Below, piece by piece: positions 8,738-18,672 of a stretch of 64,000 bases of DNA. Location of the stretch: contig JANNXA010000050.1 in NCBI GenBank assembly GCA_031409275.1, forward strand, positions 64,001-128,000, in the 5' to 3' direction. The first letter of the stretch is position 1, and each line of letters begins with the position of its first letter. A program made the translations under genes and the position numbers. This DNA is from Planctomycetota bacterium (GTDB lineage Bacteria; Planctomycetota; B15-G4; SIAN01). A model generated the notes under the pieces. It ran no database searches, was not told the DNA's origin, and saw nothing but the letters and a program-made list of their open reading frames with translations.

Positions 8738-10825
8738 TTACTTCGTCGCGCCACGCAGCAGATTCGCGCGCTCGGCCGAGCCGAGGAACGCCGCGCAACC
8801 CAAGGCGCGGCCCGCCGCGAGGCGAACCGCCGCATTGCTGTCACCCGCCGCTGCATCCATCACGGGCTTCAGCACGTCTTCGGACGGCGCCGCCGGCATC
8901 TTCGCGAAGATGCCACCGAGCGCCCCCGCCGCGGCGACTCGAATCGCCTCCGAGCGCGCGCTGTCGGCAAAGATCGCCGAAACCGCCGGAGCGCTGTCCG
9001 TCAGCCCGAGATGTCCGACAGCCATCAGCACGCCACCGAGGACCGAATCCTCGCTGCGGGCGAGCGCCGCGTTCAGGTTCGTCGCAACTCCGCCGATGGC
9101 CGCTGCCGGCAGATGGCCGAGCATCCCAGCGGCACGTTCCGACGCCGCGAGAGCCGCGGCGCGCTCGTGGTTGAGGTCGGGCAGCGCCGCCTTGACGGTC
9201 TCGACCAGTGCGGTGGCTGCGATCGGGTCGGTGACGAAGCCCTTCACCTTGCCCTTGCCCTCGTACTGCGACTTCACCGTCTCCGCCGAGGCCGCATCGC
9301 TGACGACGATGAGCGCCGCGGCGTTCGCGCGGAAGTCCGAGTCGTAGACGAACTGGTCGAGCGTGACGTCCGCGAGGCTCGCCCGCACGATCACGGCGTC
9401 CTTCGGCGGAACGGTGCGCGACCGGGCAAAGCCAAGCCCGCCGTTGTCAGCGGTGACGACGCTGTAGCCGGCCGCACGAAGCGCCGCAGCCGTCGCGTTG
9501 CGGGACTCGCTGCGATCATCGATCACCAGGACCGTGCGCAGCGCGTCTTCGCCAAGCGCCTGTCCGAGCGCGGTCACGACGTCGGCGCTCTGGTCGCCCG
9601 CCGAGGCGAGCGCGAAGGCGGCTGCGTAGCGGACCGACTTGTAGTTGGAAGCGAGCGCGGCGCGGACGGCGTCGGTCGTCGCACCCATCGACTCGAGCGC
9701 CTTGAGCAGCTCGACCGATGCCATCGAGAGGTCGTTGGCCAGCGCGAAGGTCAGACCTTCCGAGCAGCCCTTCGGGCCACCCGAAGCGATCATGACGTCG
9801 AGGTCCACGTTGGCTTCGGGCGCCTCGCCCTCGGCCCCCATCTCCTTGGTCGCGGCAAGCGACGCCTTCTCGGAGGCGTAGGCCGCGAGCAAGGCGGCCT
9901 GAGCCTGATCGGCGCCGACCGCTGCGAGGCACGACTGCTGGGCGAGCCGGATGTGGCGCAGGACGGCGGGGACCTTGGTCGCCACCACCGCGTCACCCGA
10001 CCAGTTCCACACCGCATCCTTGGTATCGAACGGCGCCACGACCGAGCGGTCGTTCTGGAGGTAGCGAGTCGCCGCCTCGAGATAGAGCGCCGTCGACGCC
10101 GGCAGCGAAGCCGCCGACTTGCCGGTGATCTTCATCAGCGCTTCTTCGGCAGCGCCACGGTTGACCGAGTTCTTGGTGGTCTCAGCGACGCGCTTCAACG
10201 CCGGAACGGCGCGCTGGTCACCGATCACTCCGAGGCACGCAGTCGCATTGCGGACCACTCGCTCGTTCTCGGCGTCGAGCGCCGCGATCAGCGGCAGGAC
10301 CGAATCGCCCGCCATGTGGTTCAGGCAGGTGATCGCCTTGACCCGGCGCTCCTGGTCGTCTTCGTCGCCAAGCACCGCGACGAACGGCGCAGCGCCGTAT
10401 TCGCCATGGTTGGCCGACAGAGCGTAGAGGGCGTCGCGCGCGTCGAGGAAGGTCCCGTTGAGGGCCGCGTCGACCAGCTTGGCGATCGCCTCGGCGTCAT
10501 CGCTCTTCTCGGTGCGAGCCACGGTGGCCAGTTCGAGGAACCGCTTCGCGGTCGACTCGAACTCGCCGCCCTTGGTCAGCATCAGGGAGAAGAGCTCCCT
10601 GCCTGCCTGGCCATAGAGCCGCAGGGCGTCTTCGTGCGAAGGGTTCTCGGCGAGGATTTCCTGGAAGGTCTTCAACGCCTCGTCGAGGCGTCCGCGGAAG
10701 TAGAGATCCGCCCCTCCCTTGAACTTGTCATCGACCGACTGCGCCCTCGCCGGCGCCGTGGCCATGAGCCCGAGCGCGAGAGCGAGGACAACGCGGACCG
10801 AGCCGGCATACGAGAAGGAGAACAT
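8738..10825 (-). CDS. Exported TPR/HEAT-repeat protein with embedded pseudo-receiver domain
   Basis: AGGAGG RBS, signal peptide (…APARA-QS), TPR-like helix pair, HEAT repeats (VRYAAAFAL, VRLAAGRAL), receiver-like 'TVLVIDD…GYSVVTADNG'. Confidence 0.75.
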   Translation of the reverse strand: MFSFSYAGSVRVVLALALGLMATAPARAQSVDDKFKGGADLYFRGRLDEALKTFQEILAENPSHEDALRLYGQAGRELFSLMLTKGGEFESTAKRFLELATVARTEKSDDAEAIAKLVDAALNGTFLDARDALYALSANHGEYGAAPFVAVLGDEDDQERRVKAITCLNHMAGDSVLPLIAALDAENERVVRNATACLGVIGDQRAVPALKRVAETTKNSVNRGAAEEALMKITGKSAASLPASTALYLEAATRYLQNDRSVVAPFDTKDAVWNWSGDAVVATKVPAVLRHIRLAQQSCLAAVGADQAQAALLAAYASEKASLAATKEMGAEGEAPEANVDLDVMIASGGPKGCSEGLTFALANDLSMASVELLKALESMGATTDAVRAALASNYKSVRYAAAFALASAGDQSADVVTALGQALGEDALRTVLVIDDRSESRNATAAALRAAGYSVVTADNGGLGFARSRTVPPKDAVIVRASLADVTLDQFVYDSDFRANAAALIVVSDAASAETVKSQYEGKGKVKGFVTDPIAATALVETVKAALPDLNHERAAALAASERAAGMLGHLPAAAIGGVATNLNAALARSEDSVLGGVLMAVGHLGLTDSAPAVSAIFADSARSEAIRVAAAGALGGIFAKMPAAPSEDVLKPVMDAAAGDSNAAVRLAAGRALGCAAFLGSAERANLLRGATK

Positions 10826-11188
10826 TTCGAGGACTTCCTCCTTGTCCAAGCCGACCACAGCACGTGGTCGGCGGAGTCGCTGGCAGCGCGAGCCACCAAC
10901 GGAGAGTCCGATCCGCGAGGACCGGCACGGTCTGCGCAAACGCGGTCGCGTCAGCGGGCGCGTCCGAGCATCCCTGGAACGTGGTCATGGAAGGGCCGCG
11001 CCGCCTTCCAAGCGACGCACGAGTGGGCCATATAGGAGCCTACCGCGCGCCGGTAACCACGCCTCAACCCTCGCAACGACAAGCACTTACGCTCGGGTTG
11101 ACGGAAAGGGCGGGATTGTAGCGAGAGCGTTTTCAGGGTCAAGCAAGCGCTTGATCCCACCGCCGCGACGCGGTCTTATCCCGCGCCC

Positions 11189-12061
11189 ATGAACCCCCAA
11201 CAATCGCCCTCGAGTCTCGTCGTGATCGGTGCTGGAACGATGGGACACGGTATCGCGCAAGTCGCTGCGCTAGCCGACCTTAAGGTCACACTGGTCGATC
11301 AGGATCGAGCTGCCCTCGAGCGCGGCCGGAAGCGGATCGACGAGCTCCTCGCCGGCGCCATCGCACGCGGCAAGTTGACCGAAGCGGACCGCGTGCGCGC
11401 CGTCGCCAATCTCTCGACCTCAACCGACGCGATCGCTGCCGCGCGCCAGTGCGACCTCGTCATCGAGGCGATCGTCGAGAAACTCGACGTCAAACAGGCG
11501 CTCTTCGCGCAACTCGAGGCGGTGGTGCCGCCGCACGCCATCCTCGCCAGCAACACCTCCTCGTTGCCGCTCACGAAGATCGCCGCGCCGCTCGCCCGTC
11601 CGGAACGGCTGATCGGCATGCACTTCTTCAACCCCGTCTTCCTGATGAAACTCGTCGAGATCGTCGTTCACCCGCGCACCAGCGCGGAAGCGAAGGCGGC
11701 CGTCCTCGACGTCACCCGACGCATGGGCAAGACCCCGATCGTGGTGAACGACTCGCCGGGGTTCGCGTCAAGCCGCCTCGGGGTCATCCTCGGGCTCGAG
11801 GCGATGCGCATGGTGGAGCAGGGCGTCGCCTCTCCGGCGGACATCGATACGGCGATGGAGCTGGGCTATAACCACCCCATGGGGCCCTTGAAGCTCACCG
11901 ACCTCGTCGGCCTCGACGTGCGCCTCGCCATCGCCGACACCCTCTCGAAAGAGATCGGCGGCGATCAGTACCGAGCGCCGCAACTACTGCGCGACATGGT
12001 CGCGCGCGGCGATCTCGGGAAGAAGAGCGGGAAGGGGTTCTACGACTGGAAGCAGGGGTAG
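11189..12061 (+). CDS. 3-hydroxyacyl-CoA (3-hydroxybutyryl-CoA) dehydrogenase
   Basis: VIGAGTMGHGIA, VIEAIVE, ASNTSS, GMHFFNP, LVE, HPMGP, GKKSGKGFY. Confidence 0.92.
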   Translation: MNPQQSPSSLVVIGAGTMGHGIAQVAALADLKVTLVDQDRAALERGRKRIDELLAGAIARGKLTEADRVRAVANLSTSTDAIAAARQCDLVIEAIVEKLDVKQALFAQLEAVVPPHAILASNTSSLPLTKIAAPLARPERLIGMHFFNPVFLMKLVEIVVHPRTSAEAKAAVLDVTRRMGKTPIVVNDSPGFASSRLGVILGLEAMRMVEQGVASPADIDTAMELGYNHPMGPLKLTDLVGLDVRLAIADTLSKEIGGDQYRAPQLLRDMVARGDLGKKSGKGFYDWKQG

Positions 12062-12222
12062 CAGCCCGTTGGAGAAGTCACCGCGAGTCTGGCGAGCGGA
12101 TTTCGAGTCGGGACGAGGAGGAGGTTCGAAGCCAACTCCCCGGCGAGTTGTCGAGAGACTCCGACGAAGTACCGGCTTGAAAGACGCCGCCAGGCGACAC
12201 GGGGAGTTCTCCAACGGGCTGC
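12061..12222. mobile_element. MITE-like element B (162 bp), 16-bp perfect terminal inverted repeats, TA duplicated
   Basis: TA-gcagcccgttggagaa … ttctccaacgggctgc-TA (TA at 12059-60 and 12223-24); the whole element folds back on itself. Confidence 0.78.
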
Positions 12223-12336
12223 TAGACCGCGCCGCGCCACCGTCTTCTTGATGCGGCCTCCAGGCACGCGCGACCGTTCGAAGCGCTCGGCCACGGCTAA
12301 CCTGCGGCACCGTTTTGCGCCTGGCAGGATCGATTG

Positions 12337-15300
12337 ATGGGCCGCGTCGTCCGCACTCCCTTCCTCCTGAGCGGCATCTTCGCCGTCGCCCTGGCCGCCC
12401 CACTGCCCGCGCAGGAGGCGACTCCGGCCGGACCGCCTGCGCCGCTGACCGGCGTGGCCGAGGGCGACGCCCCCGGCGGTGTCGATTTTCGCGACGCCGA
12501 GGCGGTGCGCACCGAACTCGCCCGCGTGCGCGAGCTCTACGGCAAGCTCGACCCCGCCCTGCAGGCCAACCGTGCTCGACTGCTCCAGCGCCAGCAAGAC
12601 GCGCTCAGTCGGCAACGCGACTTTCTGGTCCAGCAAGGTCGGCTCGAGACGCTCCCGCAAGAGACCTCCGACGAAGCGCTCGCCGCCGCCGAAGCGCAAC
12701 GCGACGCCGCGCGCGCCGCGTTCCGTTCCTTCGATCCGAGCGGGCTGATCGACCATCTGCGCGAATTCGCGGACATCGAGGCGCTCACGCCACGGATCGC
12801 CACCGAGTTCGAGGAGCCGCTCGCCGCCGCGCAGCGGGCCGCCGAAGCGCTCGACAGCGAGCTCGCCGCCGTGACAAGCGAGGTCGAGGCCGCACCGCGC
12901 CGTCGCAGCGAAGCGTGGGCAGCTGCGGAATCGGCCGCCTCCGACCTCTTCGCGACCCGCACGCGCCTCGACAGCAGCGAGTTCGGCGCGGACGAGCGGG
13001 CCGACCTTTTCGAGCAGGCGCTCGCGGCGGAAGAGGAGCTGGTCCACCACCGCATGCGGGCGGCCTGGATCGAACAGGTGACACCGCTCCTCGAGAAGCG
13101 GCAGTCGCTCCTCTCCTCGCGCCAGCAGGCGGCACTCGCCGGCGCGGAGCTGGCCGAGGCGCGACTGGCGGTGGCCCGCCGCTACGCGCAAGAGCAGCTC
13201 GTCGCCGCGACCCGCGACGCCGAGGAGGAGGTGCGCGAACGCGAACGCCAGCTCGCGGCCAGCAGCGACGACGAGCAGCGCGCCATCAACGAAGCCGCGC
13301 TCGAGAATTCACGTCTGGCCGCGCAACAGCGCAGCGCGGAGGAGCAGGCGGCGGATCGCACGGCCGAGGTCGCCGCAGCTCAGCTCGCGCTGGCGGCAGC
13401 GATCGCGCAGCGCGATCGCTACGTCGCGCTCTACGGCGGCGACACCGGCGCCGACCCCGCGGCGCGTACGCCCGACGCGGTGCAGGTGAAACGGGAGATC
13501 GAAGAGCTGCAGGAGCAGACCCGCTACTTCGAGCACCAGTCTCGGCGAAGCGATCTGCGCACCGAGTTGCGCACCGCGCAAGATGCGCTCGACGCGGCGC
13601 AAGCGCAGGCGGAGTCCCGCGGCAAGGACCTGGTCCGGCAACGCGACGCCGCGCGAGCCGCCGCGACGGACAGCGCGTGGCGGACGCTCGAGCCCCGCTT
13701 CACGCAGCTCGGGAAGGAGCGAAGCGAGACGTTGGCGCTGCTCACCCGTTCGGCGATGCAGCGGGTCGACGCCATCGAGCGGCTGCTCGCCATCGAGTTG
13801 CAGACCTGGGAGGTGAGGAACGACGCGCTCGCGCTGTTGCGCAGCGCCAACCTCTTCCTGCACGAGGATCGACGCATCACCCGCGAAGCGATCGCGAGTG
13901 GCGCCGCCGACCTGATCGAGCTGCCGGCGTTCGCGCTCACCCAGTCCTCCGCCGCGCTCGGATGGGTCCGCGCCGAAGGCAACGTCGCACGTCTGCTGCG
14001 CTGCCTCGCCGCGCTCGTGCCGATCGCGCTGATGGCGCTGCTGGCGCGGCTCTGGCTCACGCGGCGCATCGCCCGCCTGGCCGCGCTCGAGTCGGTCGCC
14101 AGCCTGCCGGTGCGCAGCGCCTTGCTTCTCGCGCACCTCGGCCGCGTCGCATGCACCGCGGCGTTCTTCTGGGCCGCACCGCACGTCATCACCGCACTCT
14201 TGCCGGCGCTGCCCGAGCGGATCGGCGAACTGCTCCACGACCTCGGCATCCTCTTCGCCGGCCTCTGGGCCGGTCTCGGGCTCAGCCGCGAACTGCTCCG
14301 TCCCGACCCGCCCGAGCGAATGGTGCTCGCGGTCGATCGCGCCACCGCGCGCCGCGTCGGCATCGGCGTCACGTTCCTGCTGTGGCTCTCGCTCGGCGTC
14401 TTCGCGCTCGACCGGCTGCTGGAGGCTTTCGCCTGGCGCAACGTCGGCGCCATGGCCGCCATCGACCTGGCCTACAAGGCGGTGGCCGGCGCGGTCGTGA
14501 TGTTCCTGCTGCTCGAGCGGCAGCTCGTCTTCAGTCTGCTGCCGCCGCCGGAACGGGCCATCGGCCGCCTGTTGCGGCGCATCGCGGCGCTGGTGCAGCC
14601 GCTGCTGGTCCTGCTGGTGCCGACCGTCGTCGTCCTCGATGGCGTCGGCTTTCGCATCCTCGCCGCCTTCATCACTCGCATCGCGGTCCTGCTGCTCGCC
14701 GCGTTCCCGATCGGATCGATCGCCTACCAGATCATCGTCTTCGCCCTGGAACGGTGGCGAGCGCGCGAGCTCGCCCGCCCGCTCGCAAGCGAACGCGATC
14801 TGGCGCGAGTGGCCGCGGTCGACGAACTGGTCCGCTTCGTCGCCCGCGTCGCCGTCATCCTGCTGGTGGGCTTCGTGCTGCTGCAGGTCACCGGGACCTC
14901 CTTCGCCAGCCTCCGCCGATTCTTCGAGCGGCCGCTGCCACTCCAGGATGGGACCGACCTCGCCGCGCGCCGCAGCTGGTGGGACGTGCTCGTCGCGCTG
15001 CTGATCGCCTTCCTCGCGCTGCGGTTCGCGCGCCACGTGAAGATCCTGCTCGAAGGCGTCGTGCTGCCTGCCACGCAGTTCGCGCGGAGCACGCAGTACA
15101 CGATCACGACGCTCGCGGTCTACCTGCTGCACGGTTTCGGCTTCTGGCTCGCGCTGAGCCAGGTGCTCGACGTCCGCAACCTCGGCTACCTCGTCGCCGC
15201 GCTGTCGGTCGGCATCGGCTTCGGCCTGCAGGAGATCATCAGCAACTTCGTCTCAGGCCTGATCCTGCTGATCGAACGACCGCTCAAACCGGGTGACACG

Positions 15301-15816
15301 ATCGCGCTTGGCGACGGCTCCATCGGCACGGTGCGCGAGCTCGGCATCCGGGCCACCACGATCCAGACCGGCGACAACGTCCACATCCTGGTACCCAACC
15401 GCGAGTTCATCACCCAACGAGTCGTGAACTACGACACGATCGACCCGAAGATCCGCATCGCCGTCGATGTCGGTGTCGCGTACGGAAGCGACGTGAAGCG
15501 GGTGCGCGACGTGCTGCTCGAGGTCGCCGCGAAGGACGGGCGCGTGATGAAGCGACCCGTTCCCGAGGTGCTGTTCACCGCGTTCGGCGAGAGCTCCCTC
15601 GACTTCCGCCTCGGCGTCTGGCTCGAGGACAGCTCGCAGAACGCGCGCATCGCCAGCGACCTGCGCTTCGCCATCGACGCGGCATTCGCTCGCGCCGCCA
15701 TCGCCATTCCGTTCCCCACGCGCGAGCTGCGTCTGTCGGCGGACGCGCCGCTGCGCGTGCGAATCGACGGAGCTGCGCCGCCCGTGCCCCCGCCCGCCGC
15801 CCCGCCTGGAGCTTGA
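12337..15816 (+). CDS. Large MscS-family mechanosensitive channel (MscK/KefA-like)
   Basis: Signal peptide, long coiled-coil periplasmic region, multiple TMs, ALSVGIGFGLQEIISNFVSGLILLIERP…GD, VPN, VGVAYGSD, FGESSLDF. Confidence 0.9.
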   Translation: MGRVVRTPFLLSGIFAVALAAPLPAQEATPAGPPAPLTGVAEGDAPGGVDFRDAEAVRTELARVRELYGKLDPALQANRARLLQRQQDALSRQRDFLVQQGRLETLPQETSDEALAAAEAQRDAARAAFRSFDPSGLIDHLREFADIEALTPRIATEFEEPLAAAQRAAEALDSELAAVTSEVEAAPRRRSEAWAAAESAASDLFATRTRLDSSEFGADERADLFEQALAAEEELVHHRMRAAWIEQVTPLLEKRQSLLSSRQQAALAGAELAEARLAVARRYAQEQLVAATRDAEEEVRERERQLAASSDDEQRAINEAALENSRLAAQQRSAEEQAADRTAEVAAAQLALAAAIAQRDRYVALYGGDTGADPAARTPDAVQVKREIEELQEQTRYFEHQSRRSDLRTELRTAQDALDAAQAQAESRGKDLVRQRDAARAAATDSAWRTLEPRFTQLGKERSETLALLTRSAMQRVDAIERLLAIELQTWEVRNDALALLRSANLFLHEDRRITREAIASGAADLIELPAFALTQSSAALGWVRAEGNVARLLRCLAALVPIALMALLARLWLTRRIARLAALESVASLPVRSALLLAHLGRVACTAAFFWAAPHVITALLPALPERIGELLHDLGILFAGLWAGLGLSRELLRPDPPERMVLAVDRATARRVGIGVTFLLWLSLGVFALDRLLEAFAWRNVGAMAAIDLAYKAVAGAVVMFLLLERQLVFSLLPPPERAIGRLLRRIAALVQPLLVLLVPTVVVLDGVGFRILAAFITRIAVLLLAAFPIGSIAYQIIVFALERWRARELARPLASERDLARVAAVDELVRFVARVAVILLVGFVLLQVTGTSFASLRRFFERPLPLQDGTDLAARRSWWDVLVALLIAFLALRFARHVKILLEGVVLPATQFARSTQYTITTLAVYLLHGFGFWLALSQVLDVRNLGYLVAALSVGIGFGLQEIISNFVSGLILLIERPLKPGDTIALGDGSIGTVRELGIRATTIQTGDNVHILVPNREFITQRVVNYDTIDPKIRIAVDVGVAYGSDVKRVRDVLLEVAAKDGRVMKRPVPEVLFTAFGESSLDFRLGVWLEDSSQNARIASDLRFAIDAAFARAAIAIPFPTRELRLSADAPLRVRIDGAAPPVPPPAAPPGA

Positions 15817-15820
15817 TTCG

Positions 15821-16777
15821 ATGCTGCGTACCCATCGGCTCGTCGGCGGCCACTGGAACACCGAGGAGGGCATCGCCGCGGCGCGTGCCGCCGCCGTCGC
15901 GCGCGAACAGCAGTCGGCGTGGGTCGAGGCGATCGCGCCGAACGCCAGCGAGCAGGAAGTGCTGCGCGACGCTTGGAAACTGCCCGCCGAGTGGATCGAT
16001 GCAGCGCTCGAAGAGCAGCATCCACCGCGCCTCGTCGAGCGCGACGACATGCTGTTCGCGGTCGTTCACGTGCCCAAGCCGGGGATGGAAGTCGCGACAC
16101 GCAAGCTCTGCATCTTCCTTGGCGGACACTGGCTGGTGACCGTCGTGCGCGTGCCGCTGCCCCTCCTCGACCCGCTCCACTTGGTGCTCTGCCGCAACGC
16201 TGCCTACTACCTTGCGTTGCCGGAGCGCATCGTGCACGCGCTGCTGCACCACATGGCCGACATCTTCGAGGAGCGCATCGACGAGAGCATCGACCTCGCC
16301 GAGGAGCTCGAGGAAGGCGCGATGGGACACGAGGCGGGGATCCTCCCGCGCCTCCATCAACTGCGTCGTCGCACCGCGACGTTCGCACGCGTCCTGCGCG
16401 CCCAGCGCGACGTCTGCCAGGCGCTCGCGCGTGGAGGCCACCCGCTCTTCTCGCGCGAGATCGAGCCCTACCTGCGCGATGTCGCCGACCACATGCTGCG
16501 CATCTACGACCTGCTCGAAGCGGTGCGCGACAGCATCCTCGCCGCGCGCGACGGCCACCTCACCGCGATGAATCACCAGCTGAACGTGACCATGCGCACG
16601 CTCACCGCGGTCGCCACCACGCTGCTGCCGCTGAGCCTCATCGCCGGCATCTACGGCATGAACTTCGATCACCTGCCGCTGCTCCATTCGCCGTGGGGGC
16701 TGCCGATCGTGCTGGCCGTGATGGCCACCATCGGCCTGCTGGTGTGGCGCTGGCTGCACCGCAATCGTTGGCTCTGA
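15821..16777 (+). CDS. corA: CorA-family Mg2+/Co2+ transporter
   Basis: YLRDVADH, N..MRTLT, AGIYGMNF, two C-terminal TMs. Confidence 0.9.
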   Translation: MLRTHRLVGGHWNTEEGIAAARAAAVAREQQSAWVEAIAPNASEQEVLRDAWKLPAEWIDAALEEQHPPRLVERDDMLFAVVHVPKPGMEVATRKLCIFLGGHWLVTVVRVPLPLLDPLHLVLCRNAAYYLALPERIVHALLHHMADIFEERIDESIDLAEELEEGAMGHEAGILPRLHQLRRRTATFARVLRAQRDVCQALARGGHPLFSREIEPYLRDVADHMLRIYDLLEAVRDSILAARDGHLTAMNHQLNVTMRTLTAVATTLLPLSLIAGIYGMNFDHLPLLHSPWGLPIVLAVMATIGLLVWRWLHRNRWL

Positions 16778-16813
16778 ACCGCGGCAACGCCGCGCGGCCG
16801 CGCGATGGCGGCG

Positions 16814-17839
16814 CTACTGCGGCGGGTTCGCCGTGACCTCCTGGCTCCGCTTGACGAGGCTGGCCACGATGGCCGTTCCGAGGATCCCGAACACCACTCC
16901 GAGCGAAGTCGACGTGCCGAGGTGGACGTCGAAACCGACCGCGACCATCTTCGCGCCGATGAACATGAGCACCAGCGCGAGGCCGACGTTCAGGTAACGG
17001 AACGCGGCCATCAGCAGCGCCAGCAGCACGAAGAAGCTGCGCAGTCCGAGGATCGCGAAGACGTTCGACGTGTAGACGATGAACGGGTCGAGCGTCACCC
17101 CGAAGATCGCCGGGATCGAATCGACCGCGAAGACGACGTCGCTCGCCTCGACCATCAGCAGGCAGAGGAAGAGGGTCGTCGCGCAACGCTTGCCGTGCTC
17201 GACCACGAAGAAGCGCCCATCGTGCGGCGCGTCGCTCATCGGCAGGACTCGACGCAGCGAACGCAGCATCCAGCTCTTGCCCGGATCGCTCTCTTCGTCC
17301 TTCTTGGCCAGCAGCTTCGCGCCGGTCAGCACCAGGAAGAACCCGAATCCGTACGCGAGCCAGGTGAAGCGCTGCAGCAACGCCGTGCCCGCAACGATGA
17401 AGAGGGCGCGCAGGACCAGTGCACCGAGGATGCCCCAGAAGAGGACGCGGTGCTGGTGCCTGCGCTCGACGCCGAAGAACTTGAACAGGAGCAGGAAGAC
17501 GAAGAGGTTGTCGAACGAGAGCGACAACTCGACGACGTAGCCGGTGAGGAACTCCTGCGCCGGCGCGGCGCCGAGCTTCCACGCGATGAAGCCGCAGAAG
17601 AGCAGCGCCAGCAGCACGAACGCGCCGCCCGTGACCGCCGCCTCGCGCATGCGCACCTCGTGCGCCTTGCGATGCAGCACGAAGAGATCGAGGAAGAGCA
17701 CGCCGCCGACCACGAGCCCGAACAGGACCCACAGCCGCCAGTCGGCCGCGAGGCGCGCGGGCAGTTCGGCTCCCTGACCTGGAACCACGTCCTGCAGTGC
17801 GCGCAGCGGCGCGCCAGCGATTGCCGCGAAGCTCATCAT
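16814..17839 (-). CDS. TerC/Alx-family membrane protein
   Basis: ELSLSFDNLFVF, QHRVLFWGILGALVLRA, DVVFAVDSIPA, YTSNVFAILGLRS; ATGA overlap with upstream gene. Confidence 0.9.
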   Translation of the reverse strand: MMSFAAIAGAPLRALQDVVPGQGAELPARLAADWRLWVLFGLVVGGVLFLDLFVLHRKAHEVRMREAAVTGGAFVLLALLFCGFIAWKLGAAPAQEFLTGYVVELSLSFDNLFVFLLLFKFFGVERRHQHRVLFWGILGALVLRALFIVAGTALLQRFTWLAYGFGFFLVLTGAKLLAKKDEESDPGKSWMLRSLRRVLPMSDAPHDGRFFVVEHGKRCATTLFLCLLMVEASDVVFAVDSIPAIFGVTLDPFIVYTSNVFAILGLRSFFVLLALLMAAFRYLNVGLALVLMFIGAKMVAVGFDVHLGTSTSLGVVFGILGTAIVASLVKRSQEVTANPPQ

Positions 17840-18498
17840 CGACGCCAGGTCAGGTCGTCGAACTGGGTGCGCGCGTCGGCCTTCGTCCACAAGCCGATGC
17901 GACCGGCGTCGAATCCACTGACCGCGTCGACATCGCAAAGGCAGAGCAGCTGCTCGGCGCCGTCGACCGATACGGTGAAGCGTTCGTCGTCGAACGTGAC
18001 GGCCAGCAGGTGCCAACCGTCGCCAAGCGCGAGGTCCACGCTGTCGAGCAGCTGCCGCTTCCCGTCCTTCACGACGAACGCGCGCAGGTTCTTCTCCAGC
18101 GGGTTGAAGCGCGCCAGGAAGTAGTTCTTCGAGTCCTGCGCCAACCAGACCAGGCCGCCGCCTTGATCGATCACGCCGTCGAGCGCCCGGAAAACGACCG
18201 AAGCGCTCCCTTCATCGGCCTCGACGCCGGTCAACAGCGCGAGGTTGAAGTCCTCCTTGCCGCGCTGCTCCGACTGCTCGATCACCTGCGGCGGCGACGG
18301 CGCGTCGCTGACGGCGACGCTGCGCCAGGTGCCGCTCAAGGGCTCCAGGAAGCCGAGCGAACGGAACCGATCGGACTCCGGCTGCGTGCTGACGGCGAGG
18401 TTGTTCCAGCTGTTCACTCGCTGGGAAGCGCAGCCGGCGGCAAGCGCCAGCGCTGCGAGAGTGCCGGTTCGCCGCTTCCAATGCGAGTGAGTCGCCAT
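17836..18498 (-). CDS. Lipoprotein with concanavalin/DUF1080-like beta-sandwich
   Basis: Lipobox LAAGC; DQGGGLVW…NYFLARFNPLEKN…GRIGLWTKADA..FDDL. Confidence 0.7.
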   Translation of the reverse strand: MATHSHWKRRTGTLAALALAAGCASQRVNSWNNLAVSTQPESDRFRSLGFLEPLSGTWRSVAVSDAPSPPQVIEQSEQRGKEDFNLALLTGVEADEGSASVVFRALDGVIDQGGGLVWLAQDSKNYFLARFNPLEKNLRAFVVKDGKRQLLDSVDLALGDGWHLLAVTFDDERFTVSVDGAEQLLCLCDVDAVSGFDAGRIGLWTKADARTQFDDLTWRR

Positions 18499-18672
18499 CG
18501 CCGCTGCCTGCTCCATCAAGTGCCGATGCCGGCGTTTCAGGGTCGTGGAGTGTAGCGGCCACGCGCGCCAGGATTCGTGCTGCGAAGCCAGCCCGACCAC
18601 CGCGCCGACGTCATCGAATTCCTCGCCACGACGGCGCAACCGACGCGGCGGCGCTCCTATACTTCGCCGCCC

